Below the pieces are notes generated by a model. It worked only from the letters and a program-made list of their open reading frames with translations. It was not told the DNA's origin and made no database searches. From contig JABRVW010000067.1 in the NCBI GenBank assembly GCA_039961715.1, positions 18,396 to 82,395 on the forward strand: DNA of 64,000 bases, in the 5' to 3' direction. Shown one piece after another: positions 20,552 to 31,000 of the stretch. Within the stretch, counting starts at the first letter, position 1. Each line of letters opens with the position of its first letter. Made by a program: the position numbers and the translations under genes. The DNA is from Ignavibacterium sp. Its GTDB lineage: Bacteria; Bacteroidota; Ignavibacteria; UBA10030.

Positions 20552-23418
20552 TCTGCTTCCTCCATGTGTGACGGATGATGAAACAGCAATTGTCTCAAAA
20601 ACCTTCCTGTATGCGATTTCTTTGAGCGAGCAACGTCCTCCGGCGTGCCCGTAGCAACGATCCTGCCGCCTGCCTCTCCCCCCTCGGGACCAAGATCGAT
20701 GACAAAATCTGCGCATTTCACCACGTCCATCTGGTGCTCGATGACTACGACGGAATGTCCCGCCTCCACGAGAGCATTCAAACACCGGAGAAGCTTTGCA
20801 ATGTCGTCAAAGTGCAGCCCGGTTGTCGGTTCATCAAAGATAAACAACGTCCGACCTTCTGTCTGTGACGCAGACAGGTGGTGGGCGAGCTTGATCCTTT
20901 GCGCCTCCCCTCCCGAGAGCGACGTTGCCGCCTGTCCCAGCCGTATGTACCCCAGTCCCACATCATCCAATACCTGCAGTTTTGAGGCAATGCGTTCCCC
21001 TTGCTTTGACTCGCGAAAGAACGCCATTGCCTCCGAGACGGTCATGCCCAGGATATCATCCACGTTCTTCCCCCGGAAGCGTATCTCCAGGATCTCCCGC
21101 TTGAATCTCCTGCCTTTGCAGGTCTCGCATGTCAGATAGAGATCAGCCAGGAACTGCATCTCGACCTTCTGAACGCCGTCGCCTTCGCAAGTCTCACAGC
21201 GGCCGCCGGGCACGTTGAACGAAAAGTGTCCCGGTTTGAATCCCCGCGCCCGTGCCGCGGGCGTTTTGGCAAGCACATCCCTGATCAGATCGAACACCTT
21301 GATGTAGGTCGCGGGATTCGAGCGCGGAGTTCTTCCGATGGGCGATTGATCCACCAATTCAACGTGGCCGATCTGCTCAGCCCCTTCAAGAGAAGCAAAT
21401 TTCCCGGGGGTACCGTCATATCCCCCTTTCACCTTTTTCAGCCCGGCATAGAGCACGTCATGCACGAGCGTGCTCTTGCCGGAACCGCTGACGCCAGTGA
21501 TGCAGACGAACATCGAGAGCGGGATGCGAACATCGATCGATTTCAGGTTGTTCTCGGACGCCCCGCGGATGAACAAGGATTGCTCGGAATCGCTCCTGCG
21601 TTTCGCCGGGACGGGGATAGCCAGGCTTCCTCGCAAGTATTGCGCCGTAAGGGACGCGGGATGGTGCACCAACTCCCTGACCGGTCCGCAGAACACGACC
21701 TCGCCTCCGTTTTCTCCTGCGCGGGGACCCATGTCCACAATCACATCGCCGGCGCGGATCATATCTTCGTCGTGTTCCACCACCATGACCGTATTACCCA
21801 CATCCCTGAGCGACTTGAGGATCCTGATAAGCCGCTCGTTGTCTCTCGGATGCAGACCGATGCTCGGTTCGTCGAGAACATACAGTGAACCCACCAGGGA
21901 GGAGCCAAGCGACGTGGCCAGGTTGATGCGCTGGGATTCCCCGCCCGACAGCGTCATCGACAAGCGGTCCAGAGTGAGGTATCCGATGCCCACTTCATTC
22001 AAGAACCTCAAACGCTTTCGCAATTCCTCCAGGATCCTCCGCGCGACCTCACGGTCATATGCGGAAAGCGCCAACGTGCGGAAGAATTCCTGCGCCTCTT
22101 CCAGCGTCATGCGAACAATGTCATGGATCGTCTTTCCGCCCACCCGGATATTGAGGGCATCCTTCCGAAGCCGCGAGCCTCCGCATTCGTCGCAGGTCGT
22201 GTATCCGCGATACCGGCTCAGAAACACACGGTAATGGACCTTGTACGATTTTCGTTCAATGAAGCGAAAGAACTTGTGAATCCCGTCAAATCCCTCCGTT
22301 CCGTCCATGATGATCCGGAGATGCTCGGGCGAAAGCCGGCTGAACGGAACGTCGACGGGTATCCCGTATTTCGGCGCGATGCTGAGCAGGTCGCGCAAAT
22401 TCTCGCGCCATTTCGGAAAGTTCCATGGATGGATGGCTCCGGCACGGATTGAACGGTTCGGGTCGGGAACCACGAGATTCATGTCAATCCCCACGGATCG
22501 TCCGAATCCCTGGCACTTGGGGCACGCTCCGAAGGGGTTGTTGAAGGAGAACAACCGCGGTTCGGGCTCTTCGTACCTCAGGCCGTCGCGCGGGCATTCG
22601 TAATGCTGTGTAAACCGCCTTTTCTCTCCCGAATCCGGGAACAAGAGCCACAGGTAGCCGTCCCCCTCGTTGAAAGCCGTTTCGAGGGAATCCGCCAACC
22701 GACCCTCCGCGTCCGTGTCTCCATGCCGGAGGACGGTCCGGTCCGCCACCACAAGGACCTCCGCCTTGTTCTTTCCCTTGTATGCAGTCTCATTCAGGTC
22801 AACGATCTGCCCATCAGCGACAATCCTGAAAAACCCGCGTTGTTTCAGGATGCTCAGTTCCTCCTTCATCGACCGGTTCGGATGGTCGTGAAGCGGAAAC
22901 AGAACATAGAGCTTTGATCCCTCGGGTTGTTCCTTGAGCCACTGGATGACCGTGCTCACCGTGTCCCTCTGGACGATCTGCCCGCACTCCCGGCAATACG
23001 TCTTCCCGATGCGGCCAAACAACAGACGAAGATAGTCGTAGATCTCGGTCGTGGTGGCAACTGTGGAGCGGGGATTGCGGCTGGTGGTTTTCTGCTCGAT
23101 CGCGATCGAAGGGCTGATGCCCTGGATGAAATCCACGTCGGGCTTGTCCATACGCTCGAGGAACTGTCTGGCGTAGGACGAGAGGCTTTCGACGTAGCGC
23201 CTCTGCCCTTCGGCGTAGATCGTATCAAAGGCAAGACTTGACTTGCCCGATCCGCTGACGCCCGTCACCACAATCAACGTATTCCGCGGAAGCTCCAGGC
23301 TCACATTCTTGAGATTGTGAACGCGCGCACCGCGCACTATGAGGGAGCGCAGGGGGCCGGAAGAGCCGTTTCCTTCCCGGGATGCAGACGCAACCGGAAT
23401 GGTGGGGGATGGTTTCAT
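20548..23418 (-). CDS. uvrA: Excinuclease ABC subunit A
   Basis: GVSGSGKSSLAFDTIYAEGQRRYVESLS, two ABC modules (LSGGESQR, LSGGEAQR) and CxxC zinc modules. The ATG at 23418 is preferred over the TTG at 23424. Confidence 0.97.
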   Translation of the reverse strand: MKPSPTIPVASASREGNGSSGPLRSLIVRGARVHNLKNVSLELPRNTLIVVTGVSGSGKSSLAFDTIYAEGQRRYVESLSSYARQFLERMDKPDVDFIQGISPSIAIEQKTTSRNPRSTVATTTEIYDYLRLLFGRIGKTYCRECGQIVQRDTVSTVIQWLKEQPEGSKLYVLFPLHDHPNRSMKEELSILKQRGFFRIVADGQIVDLNETAYKGKNKAEVLVVADRTVLRHGDTDAEGRLADSLETAFNEGDGYLWLLFPDSGEKRRFTQHYECPRDGLRYEEPEPRLFSFNNPFGACPKCQGFGRSVGIDMNLVVPDPNRSIRAGAIHPWNFPKWRENLRDLLSIAPKYGIPVDVPFSRLSPEHLRIIMDGTEGFDGIHKFFRFIERKSYKVHYRVFLSRYRGYTTCDECGGSRLRKDALNIRVGGKTIHDIVRMTLEEAQEFFRTLALSAYDREVARRILEELRKRLRFLNEVGIGYLTLDRLSMTLSGGESQRINLATSLGSSLVGSLYVLDEPSIGLHPRDNERLIRILKSLRDVGNTVMVVEHDEDMIRAGDVIVDMGPRAGENGGEVVFCGPVRELVHHPASLTAQYLRGSLAIPVPAKRRSDSEQSLFIRGASENNLKSIDVRIPLSMFVCITGVSGSGKSTLVHDVLYAGLKKVKGGYDGTPGKFASLEGAEQIGHVELVDQSPIGRTPRSNPATYIKVFDLIRDVLAKTPAARARGFKPGHFSFNVPGGRCETCEGDGVQKVEMQFLADLYLTCETCKGRRFKREILEIRFRGKNVDDILGMTVSEAMAFFRESKQGERIASKLQVLDDVGLGYIRLGQAATSLSGGEAQRIKLAHHLSASQTEGRTLFIFDEPTTGLHFDDIAKLLRCLNALVEAGHSVVVIEHQMDVVKCADFVIDLGPEGGEAGGRIVATGTPEDVARSKKSHTGRFLRQLLFHHPSHMEEAE

Positions 23419-23492
23419 TGCCAAGTCTCAAAGATACGCAATTGCGGTTTTAGAGGAAACCGCGAAGAGTCAAAAGAATGGGTGCCGGACGA

Positions 23493-24359
23493 TCAGAACG
23501 ATACGGAGAGCGAAGCGGTCGGGACAAACTCGACAAAGCCAAGCGAACGAGCTGTGGGCACCAGCCGCGTTTCGAGGCGGACGGCCTCATTAAACGCTTT
23601 TGCCCCCAGCGCTGCATCCACCATGCTGAGAAGATGGTTCGCCACGATCATGGCCGCGGCAGTACGGGCGACGGTGTAGAAATCATTTGCTCGTCCGCGC
23701 ATATCCCTGTAGGCCTGGAACCGGGCAGACATGACTGCAAGGTAGTCCGTCCGCGAGGGGTCCCAATCCTCCCATCCCATATTGTACTGAAGGTACTTGC
23801 CGATCAGCTCGTAGTATTGCTGATCTGGCCTCCGGGGCAGGCGGTGGCTGAACCCGGTGCTTGGCACGCCTCCGATGTGCTGTTCCCACGCATTCAGCTT
23901 TTCCCAATCGACGCGATCCCAGGGCGGCACATTGGGATCAGAGTTCACCACGATCCCGCCCGGCGGCGGATTTGGATTTAACGAGGGCCCGTGCGTCTCC
24001 ATCCATTCCGCGTACCGGACGACCGACCAGTAGGCGTCTGCGTACCGTTGAAATTCCTCTGTCTGGCGATCTCCCTTTCCATCGTACGACGTATGCACAA
24101 TCCACAGGATCACCTCGGCGCCAAAGAACACCGCCGCCCTCCAGTACGCCTCCGCGTAGAACTCTCCCGCCCCGGGAATGATTGCAGAATACAGCGCGGC
24201 GCGCATGACAGATTTCTCCCGCGGTTGTTCAGCCCCCCTCTCTCCCACCGACGAATCAGCCGCAAGCGCAAGATCCAAACGAAGATTGCCGGTCAGCGGC
24301 GGGGGGAGTTGCGAAAGAGCAACCTGGGAGACGAGCAGGACGGCAATCACGTGCTTCAT
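23493..24359 (-). CDS. Hypothetical secreted/membrane protein with DUF5683-like N-terminal segment
   Basis: Start re-picked to MKHVIAVLLVSQVALSQ. ATGA overlap with the upstream stop. AALYSAIIPGAGEFY resembles DUF5683. Last gene of the porU-led operon. Confidence 0.55.
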   Translation of the reverse strand: MKHVIAVLLVSQVALSQLPPPLTGNLRLDLALAADSSVGERGAEQPREKSVMRAALYSAIIPGAGEFYAEAYWRAAVFFGAEVILWIVHTSYDGKGDRQTEEFQRYADAYWSVVRYAEWMETHGPSLNPNPPPGGIVVNSDPNVPPWDRVDWEKLNAWEQHIGGVPSTGFSHRLPRRPDQQYYELIGKYLQYNMGWEDWDPSRTDYLAVMSARFQAYRDMRGRANDFYTVARTAAAMIVANHLLSMVDAALGAKAFNEAVRLETRLVPTARSLGFVEFVPTASLSVSF

Positions 24360-27300
24360 CTGTCCCACCTCGCCAGTGGGGAGCCCCATTGGCTCAACTC
24401 GAAGCCGAACAGAATGCCGAAGTACCATCGCCATTCGCGGCCGTAACGGACCGGAGTCCCGGCGAAGGTTCTGGTGAAATCGTCAAACCCGTATGCGCCG
24501 GAGAAAAAAAAGCGTGTCGGATACGCGTAGAACGAAAAGGCCTCGAGCCTTACCTCAAAACCCGCATCCGTCTTCCAATCCGAAAAGTCCGGCATCTCCC
24601 CGGTCCATGCATTGCCGACGTCTGCAAAGACAGAGAAGAACAGTTTTGTGAAGGAAAGTTGGAGGATTCGAAAACCGAGATCGCGGCTGATCGGCAGGCG
24701 ATAGGTGAGGTTGGCCGCGGCATTGGTGTTTCCGCCAAGGGAGTAGAAAGGATATCCCCTCATGCCCGTCAGGCCACCTGCATAGAAGTCGAAAAATCCA
24801 TCCACGGTTTTCCCAATGATGCCTGCCGCGCGAACGCTGAGGGAAAGGGTGTGTCGGGGAAAAGGCAGCGCAAGGTACTCATTCCACTGCAATTCGGCCC
24901 GATGGAATGCGAACGTCTGGTACACCGGGACCGCTATTCCGGAAGAAATGTCGAACTCCCCCTCGGGATTGAACTTGTTGATCTCATAGACATAGCGCAG
25001 AAGCAGGGAGCGGCCCGTGGGGTTGATCTCTGAGTCCACTCCCTGGTCGCGATAATCTCCGCTTACCTGAACACCAAAGGCATTGCCCACGAAATAGGTG
25101 TTCCGAAACGCAGGAACGAGCGTGACAGGAGGATTGGGATTGATGAACGCTCCGATATCGGCGCTGTACCTGCTCAGAGTGTACGATGCCTTGAGGTGAG
25201 TTCGTTCCTGAATCACCGGCTGGCGAAGCGAGAGCGTGAATTCAAAGAGATTGTAGGTGATTTCAGGGGAGATCGGCTCGGGAGAGGGCTCAAGGAAGAA
25301 CGTCGTGGACGTCTTTCGCGTGAGATTGTACACCTCCAGGGTCAGCGCCGGTTCGAGACCCGCCGCAGAGAACAACGGGAGCTTGTCACGATACTCGAAA
25401 ACCAGTGCAAGATCGCGCTCGAATCTCCGGTTCACCATGGCGCCGGCAAACAGGCTCAGTTTGTCGAGCATGTCGTACGAACTCGCATACAATCCGGCCT
25501 TGAGCGCGTCCAATCCCCGGTTGAGCGGGTTGTAGGTGTCGACGCGGAGAACCGGAAAAATGCTCAGGCTTGAAAACGTGTGACGGTAGTCGCGACCAGT
25601 CATCCCGTTACCGGGATCCGCAAAGCGTGCCTCATCGTCGGTCGAAGGCTGCTGGTCCCGGGTGAGCGTTGATCCACGTACGGACTCGAGCCTCTGATCC
25701 GACGCCGGCATCCATGCAACGGAGTATCCTGAGGAAGAGTACGATGCATAGACCAGATCGCCGGCGGCATTCACCGACGGGAGGAACGCTCCCCCAAGGG
25801 CATTGGTAACCCTCGATGTCTTGCCGGTCTCAGGGTTCATGGAATAGATGTTGAAGATGCCCGTCCGGTCGGAGGAAAAATACAGCAAACCATCTGGTGA
25901 AAAGGAGGGATTGCGGCAGTCACCATCCGCCGCGATGATGTGTACTTCGCCTCCGAGGGAGCTTACCTGAGCAAGCGATTGTCCGTGACCATTGGAATAT
26001 CCAAAGACGATTCGCGTGCCATCGGGCGACCAGGCCGGGGTATAGACCTGGGTTCCGGGAGGGACATCGGTGAGACGACGCACATCCGTTCCGTCAAGCG
26101 CGCACGTCCCGACATTCAGCGTGCCGTCAGATCCGTACGCAAAAGCAATCCGCGTCCCGTCGGGGGAAAGGCGGGGATTAAAGGCGCGCAATCCATGCGT
26201 GATCCGGACCTCCTTGCCGGTCAGGAGATCGTAGGAATAGAGATCCGACCAGCGGGACCAGTGCGGGTTGTCGCCTGAGATCCTTGCGTACACAAGAGTG
26301 CGCCCATTTGGCGTTACGGAGAGCGTCGAGCGCACGTTGTGAACCACGAGCTTCGATTCCTTCCGTTCCAAATCATACCGATAAACCGAACTTGCTCCAA
26401 AAGAGTCCTTCCCCTTATTGGAAACGTAGAAGACGGATCTTCCGTCCGGATGAAACACCGGATAGAAGTTCCCAAAACCCTCCTCCTCGATCCGGATTCC
26501 CTCCCTGACGGGTCCGATGGATTCCTTCACGGCACGATAGAGCTCCTTCTTTGCATCACGCCATTCGTTGTAGAGGTCTTCTCCGCTCTTTCCGAGGACA
26601 TCGACAATGGCTCCATCTATCGTGATCCGGGAAATCGACGCCAGAGAACGAGAGATTCGTTCCAGCGTCTCAGGCCCGTAGGTTTCCGCTATGTATTGTA
26701 CAATTGAGAACCCGGCATTGTAGGCCGATTCGTTCCCCAGGCTGTTCTTGCCGAACACTGCCATCTCCTCCCACGAGAGAAGACGATCTTCCAGAATGCT
26801 CATGCGAAGCATCATGTCCCGATGCGTGTCCCAGAAATCGTAGGTCAGGGAAGGATGATTGTATTGGGCCGTTCCCTCCGCGAACCAGCTTGGTACCAGG
26901 AAGAACGAAAACGGATACGAAACGAGGACGTTTGGAAAACCGTAGAGGACATCCGGCCTCCGTTCGGATTCGTACCCGAACCATTGCAGATACAGGGCCG
27001 GCAGCCGGCGTCCGAGTTTCATGGCCGTCTGAATCTGCACAATGTGCACAAACTCATGGGTCACTACATTCTGGAGCCAGGGATGGATTCCGCGGAGTTC
27101 AAAGTCCATCGCCGGAGCCCAGATTTCGATCTTGTTATCGAAGAAATAGGCCGCCCCGTTCGAATAATCATCGTGGTCGCGAACAACGATGCTGACTTTC
27201 TGATCCGGCTCATGGCGGTACATCCCCGTAACCGGAACGTAGGCCGATTCAGCAATCGCCGCCACGAGTTGTCCTGTTCTGAGGGCTCCGTCGTGGACAT

Positions 27301-27430
27301 GTACAAGGAAATGCTCGGTCTCCAACGTTCTCCAGGTTAGCTCAGTGTGCGGCATGGCATTTTGTGCTTCGGAGAGCGAGGCAGAGACGGCCACAACCAC
27401 AAAAAGTATGGCTCCCATTCGTCCTGTCAT
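24356..27430 (-). CDS. Fusion protein: peptidase-MA-like domain + PD40/TolB-like beta-propeller + Omp85-type C-terminal barrel
   Basis: Signal peptide. HEFVH (HExxH) plus downstream WFAEGTAQY. At least five PD40 units (HPDGRSVFYVS, TPNGRTLVYA, SPDGTRIAFA, SPDGTRIVFG, SPDGLLYFSSDR). C-terminal FYAGGLTGMRGYPFYSLGGN and aromatic-rich strands resemble bacterial surface antigen (D15) barrels. Confidence 0.7.
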   Translation of the reverse strand: MTGRMGAILFVVVAVSASLSEAQNAMPHTELTWRTLETEHFLVHVHDGALRTGQLVAAIAESAYVPVTGMYRHEPDQKVSIVVRDHDDYSNGAAYFFDNKIEIWAPAMDFELRGIHPWLQNVVTHEFVHIVQIQTAMKLGRRLPALYLQWFGYESERRPDVLYGFPNVLVSYPFSFFLVPSWFAEGTAQYNHPSLTYDFWDTHRDMMLRMSILEDRLLSWEEMAVFGKNSLGNESAYNAGFSIVQYIAETYGPETLERISRSLASISRITIDGAIVDVLGKSGEDLYNEWRDAKKELYRAVKESIGPVREGIRIEEEGFGNFYPVFHPDGRSVFYVSNKGKDSFGASSVYRYDLERKESKLVVHNVRSTLSVTPNGRTLVYARISGDNPHWSRWSDLYSYDLLTGKEVRITHGLRAFNPRLSPDGTRIAFAYGSDGTLNVGTCALDGTDVRRLTDVPPGTQVYTPAWSPDGTRIVFGYSNGHGQSLAQVSSLGGEVHIIAADGDCRNPSFSPDGLLYFSSDRTGIFNIYSMNPETGKTSRVTNALGGAFLPSVNAAGDLVYASYSSSGYSVAWMPASDQRLESVRGSTLTRDQQPSTDDEARFADPGNGMTGRDYRHTFSSLSIFPVLRVDTYNPLNRGLDALKAGLYASSYDMLDKLSLFAGAMVNRRFERDLALVFEYRDKLPLFSAAGLEPALTLEVYNLTRKTSTTFFLEPSPEPISPEITYNLFEFTLSLRQPVIQERTHLKASYTLSRYSADIGAFINPNPPVTLVPAFRNTYFVGNAFGVQVSGDYRDQGVDSEINPTGRSLLLRYVYEINKFNPEGEFDISSGIAVPVYQTFAFHRAELQWNEYLALPFPRHTLSLSVRAAGIIGKTVDGFFDFYAGGLTGMRGYPFYSLGGNTNAAANLTYRLPISRDLGFRILQLSFTKLFFSVFADVGNAWTGEMPDFSDWKTDAGFEVRLEAFSFYAYPTRFFFSGAYGFDDFTRTFAGTPVRYGREWRWYFGILFGFELSQWGSPLARWDR

Positions 27431-28089
27431 CGGACTCGCACCAGCAGCCGTTTCGTTTGGTTCAATTCCAACACAACGGAGTACACGTACGTATTAGCCC
27501 CGACGGTAAACTCGAGGTAGGCAAGGTTTTGAATTCTGTAGTTTCCAAGAAAAGCATCGGCTCCGCTGTAGAGTGGGGCGGGGTAGTAGCCAACGGGGAG
27601 AAGATTGTCGGGGATGATGAAAACCCCGTTGGTGTCGGTGGTTGCGGAAACATGCCCGTCGACCACTACGGTGTACGAGTGACGTGTTGACCCGTTGACA
27701 GTGTATCGCACGAAATAGATGCCGCTCGGCACAAGGGCGCCTGCGCTGTTCCGTTTGTTCCATTGCACGAGGAGGCTGGTCCCGACAGGCGTTCCCGCGT
27801 ACAAGGACCGGACATGACCACCGGCCAGATTGTACACGTCGACGAGAACAAACTCCCCCGGCGATTGCAGAACATACTCCCTCTGGGGAACGGGCGACCC
27901 GCTGACGTACTCGGTTCCGTAGAAGAGCCGGATTCCGAGTCCGGCAATTGGATTATCCAGCCCGTCGAGAACGGTCCCGACAATTCTGTATCCCTCGGTT
28001 CCTTCACGCACGTCGAGGAGGTTTATGTCGCGGCAACCGCTCACGAGCGCCACGGTGAGGCCCAGAACAAGTCGCATAGACAATTTCAT
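27427..28089 (-). CDS. Lipoprotein with internal FlgD-Ig / T9SS-CTD-like beta-sandwich
   Basis: Lipobox LVSGC. The internal segment FVLVDVYNLAGGHVRSLYAG...SGIYFVRYTVNGS resembles por-secretion-tail sandwiches. ATGA overlaps on both sides. Confidence 0.6.
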   Translation of the reverse strand: MKLSMRLVLGLTVALVSGCRDINLLDVREGTEGYRIVGTVLDGLDNPIAGLGIRLFYGTEYVSGSPVPQREYVLQSPGEFVLVDVYNLAGGHVRSLYAGTPVGTSLLVQWNKRNSAGALVPSGIYFVRYTVNGSTRHSYTVVVDGHVSATTDTNGVFIIPDNLLPVGYYPAPLYSGADAFLGNYRIQNLAYLEFTVGANTYVYSVVLELNQTKRLLVRVR

Positions 28090-31000
28090 TTGACAACCGC
28101 AATCTTGATCACAACGGCTTCCTGTTTTCCGCCGGCAACTGCCTCGATGCGTGCAAGGTACACCCCGCTGTCAATACCGGACACATCCCAGGACAGTTCC
28201 TCATCCGCTCCTCCAGACGATGTCCCCTGCAATTCAGCAACGATCCTGCCGGCAAGGGTCATGATCGTGACAGAGATGCGCGCGGGATCCGACGTATAGT
28301 AGCGAATCCTCGTCGTTTGGCCGTACACGGGATTGGGCCAATTATAGACCCTTTCCCGCGGAAGAAACACGTCCGACAGCGGTGTTGTTCCGCTCGCGGA
28401 GAGCATGGAGGCGGAGACTTTCTCCGGCGATCCTCGCTCCTGCAGCCATTGACCTTCGATGTCCGTAAATGGCCGCGCGATCTCCCACACATCCAGGCCT
28501 CCGTTGCCGGAGGACACAGCAAATCGTACGTCTCCGGTGGGAGAACGAAACAGGGCGGGCGTCGAAGGCGAGACGCCACTCACCTGCAGGCTTAGATCCC
28601 GGATCAACCGACCGTTCCCCGAAAGCGCATGGAGGACTCCGTCCGTCGTCAGCACGATCACATCGAGCTTGCCGTCCCCCGATACGTCGGCAACAAGGGG
28701 CTCCGTTGCAATGTCCGTGCTGAACTGAACCGGATATCCGTCGAGAAGGAATCCGCGCTCATTCACGGCCAACAACCACGATTCCGCCGCGACGAGGACA
28801 TCAAGCACTCCGTCGCGATCGAGGTCTGTCGGAACCACATGCCGTACTGTACCCAACGTGCGGCTTAGAGGAAATCGTTGGAGATCGATTCGAAAAAAAG
28901 AGCCAGGCACCAAGTACCTGTATGAGGAAAGCACAAGCGGGTCCTCAAGGACCAGGAGAATATCCGATCCCCCGAACCTCACTCCCCTCAAGACGTTTGC
29001 TTGCGGGGCGGAGAGAGGAACCGTCCACGTTCCATCAGTGAGCGCGGAAGGCGTCAGGGCAACAATGGAAGGTGTGCCGGAGGACGGCAAGGCGATGACC
29101 TCCGCGATGCGATCAGGCGCTATCGCCTTCAGATGATGTGTCCCATCGTCGAGTCGAATCGTCACGAGGTTACCGCCTTGCGTGCCTGCAAATGCATGTG
29201 GGATACCTGCTGAATCCGCAATGATCGGCCCCGCTGTGACAGGCTCGCCGGGAGCAAAGGCGGAAACCGTGGTAAGATCAAAGAGGCCATCACCGTTGGA
29301 GTCAGCGATCGTTCGGACCGTAATGGCGCTGTCGCTCACCGTAACAAGCGAGGTCGGAACACCCTCCCGCACCGCCATATGTCGAACGGACGGTTCCAAT
29401 CCGATCAACCCGTTCGCCGAATCGGTTCGTGACACCCCTGTCAATGTGACTGAAGAAACTCCGTTCACGCCTGCCCAGTACAATCCGGAATCCGTAACAG
29501 CGATGCGCACGTGTTCAGGTCCGCCAATGGGCGTCGTTCGGAACACGCGCCGCACAAGATCCCCACCCTGGGAAACAAGCACAGTCATGACCGGTCCCCG
29601 CGGACTGAAGTTCCGGACTCGTACGAACGTTGGAAATCCGGAATTCGCCCTGCTGTCGGGATACGTTGAGCTCCCAAACTCGTTGGTGTAGACGGGCGAA
29701 GCGTTTCCGCCAAACCAGAAATCCAGCGGCCACCCGTTCTCTGTTCCGCTCCCCGGTTCGAGGAGATCGTACGGAACGCCAATGTCCTGAGATCCGTCCG
29801 CTTCCTCGAGATCCACCGTCCGCCTGTGTGGATCGGCATTTAAGGTGTTGGTTGAGAGTTTCTGTGCCAGGTCAGATTCATCGATGTGCCAGATCAGGAT
29901 TCCTCCGCCCTCATAGCCCGCCTCCAGCGTCGATCCGGGAAGGGCCCAGTCGAAGTCTTCAGCGTCTATGAGGGAGCCATGGATGGCACTGAGGTCGTTG
30001 AATGCAAACCCTGCCGTATCCCCGCCAAAATGGAGGACCTCGATCTGTCCGTTCCGGAAGAGGCTCAGGGTCTGCCCGTTCCCGAGCGGATCACGGCTTC
30101 GATTCTCAACCAGAAAGTACTCTGTTGCGGAGACCGGGATCTTGTATACTGTATCCGGCCCGGCTGAAGCACCGCTTGCGGCGGGAACGGACAACGAAAC
30201 GCTTCCGGCATCAACGGTGACGGGTGTGGACCATCCAAGTAAGATCTTTTCCCACGCCGAAGGCTCGGGGGGAAGAACACCCTGATAGGCAAAGATGGCC
30301 GCTCCGTCCATCAACCCGAACTGGCCGATGCCCGAGCGTCCCGTGGAGGTGTCAAACAGGTCCGGCAGGCCAAGATAGCTTCCAAAGGACGCGGCCAGAA
30401 GGCCGTTGATTCCCAACTGAAGCGTATCGGGCGTGGAACCCAACGCAAAAACGCGCGTCTCTGTCTCGGGCAGGATCATGCTGTTGGTGATGTGGAATCC
30501 CCCGCCGTTGACGGGGACGCCCGGGTACAGGGGATCCTTCAGAAACGACCTCAAGGTTTGGAGATTGATGGTAATGGATGGAATGTCATGGGGGGCGGGA
30601 TCGAATCCCAGCAGCTGGACAAGATCAATGTCCCTGCCGGCTCCTGCATGAAAAACGATGAAAGCATCATACGAGGAAAACGGAAAGGCCGGTCGTGCGG
30701 CATCGGCGGCCTTCCAACCGTCAACCATCAATGCGGCCAGTTTGCCCACATCATCGTTTCCTTGAGGCGAGTATGCGGCCATGGAGTCGGGAAGCGTGAC
30801 CACCACCGGAAACAGTTCCCCCTGAACATCCAGGGCGCCGTTTGAGACTTTGTTGAAGTAGTTCGCGAGGAACAACAGTTTTGAGGCAAAGTAGGCCGAG
30901 TCGTGAGGCGGGGGATCGATCTGGAGCGCCGGGCCCGACGTGAGAAATCTTCCCGTGCCGCTTGTTCTCGGATCCATGTCCTCCTGAAACTCCACCATCA

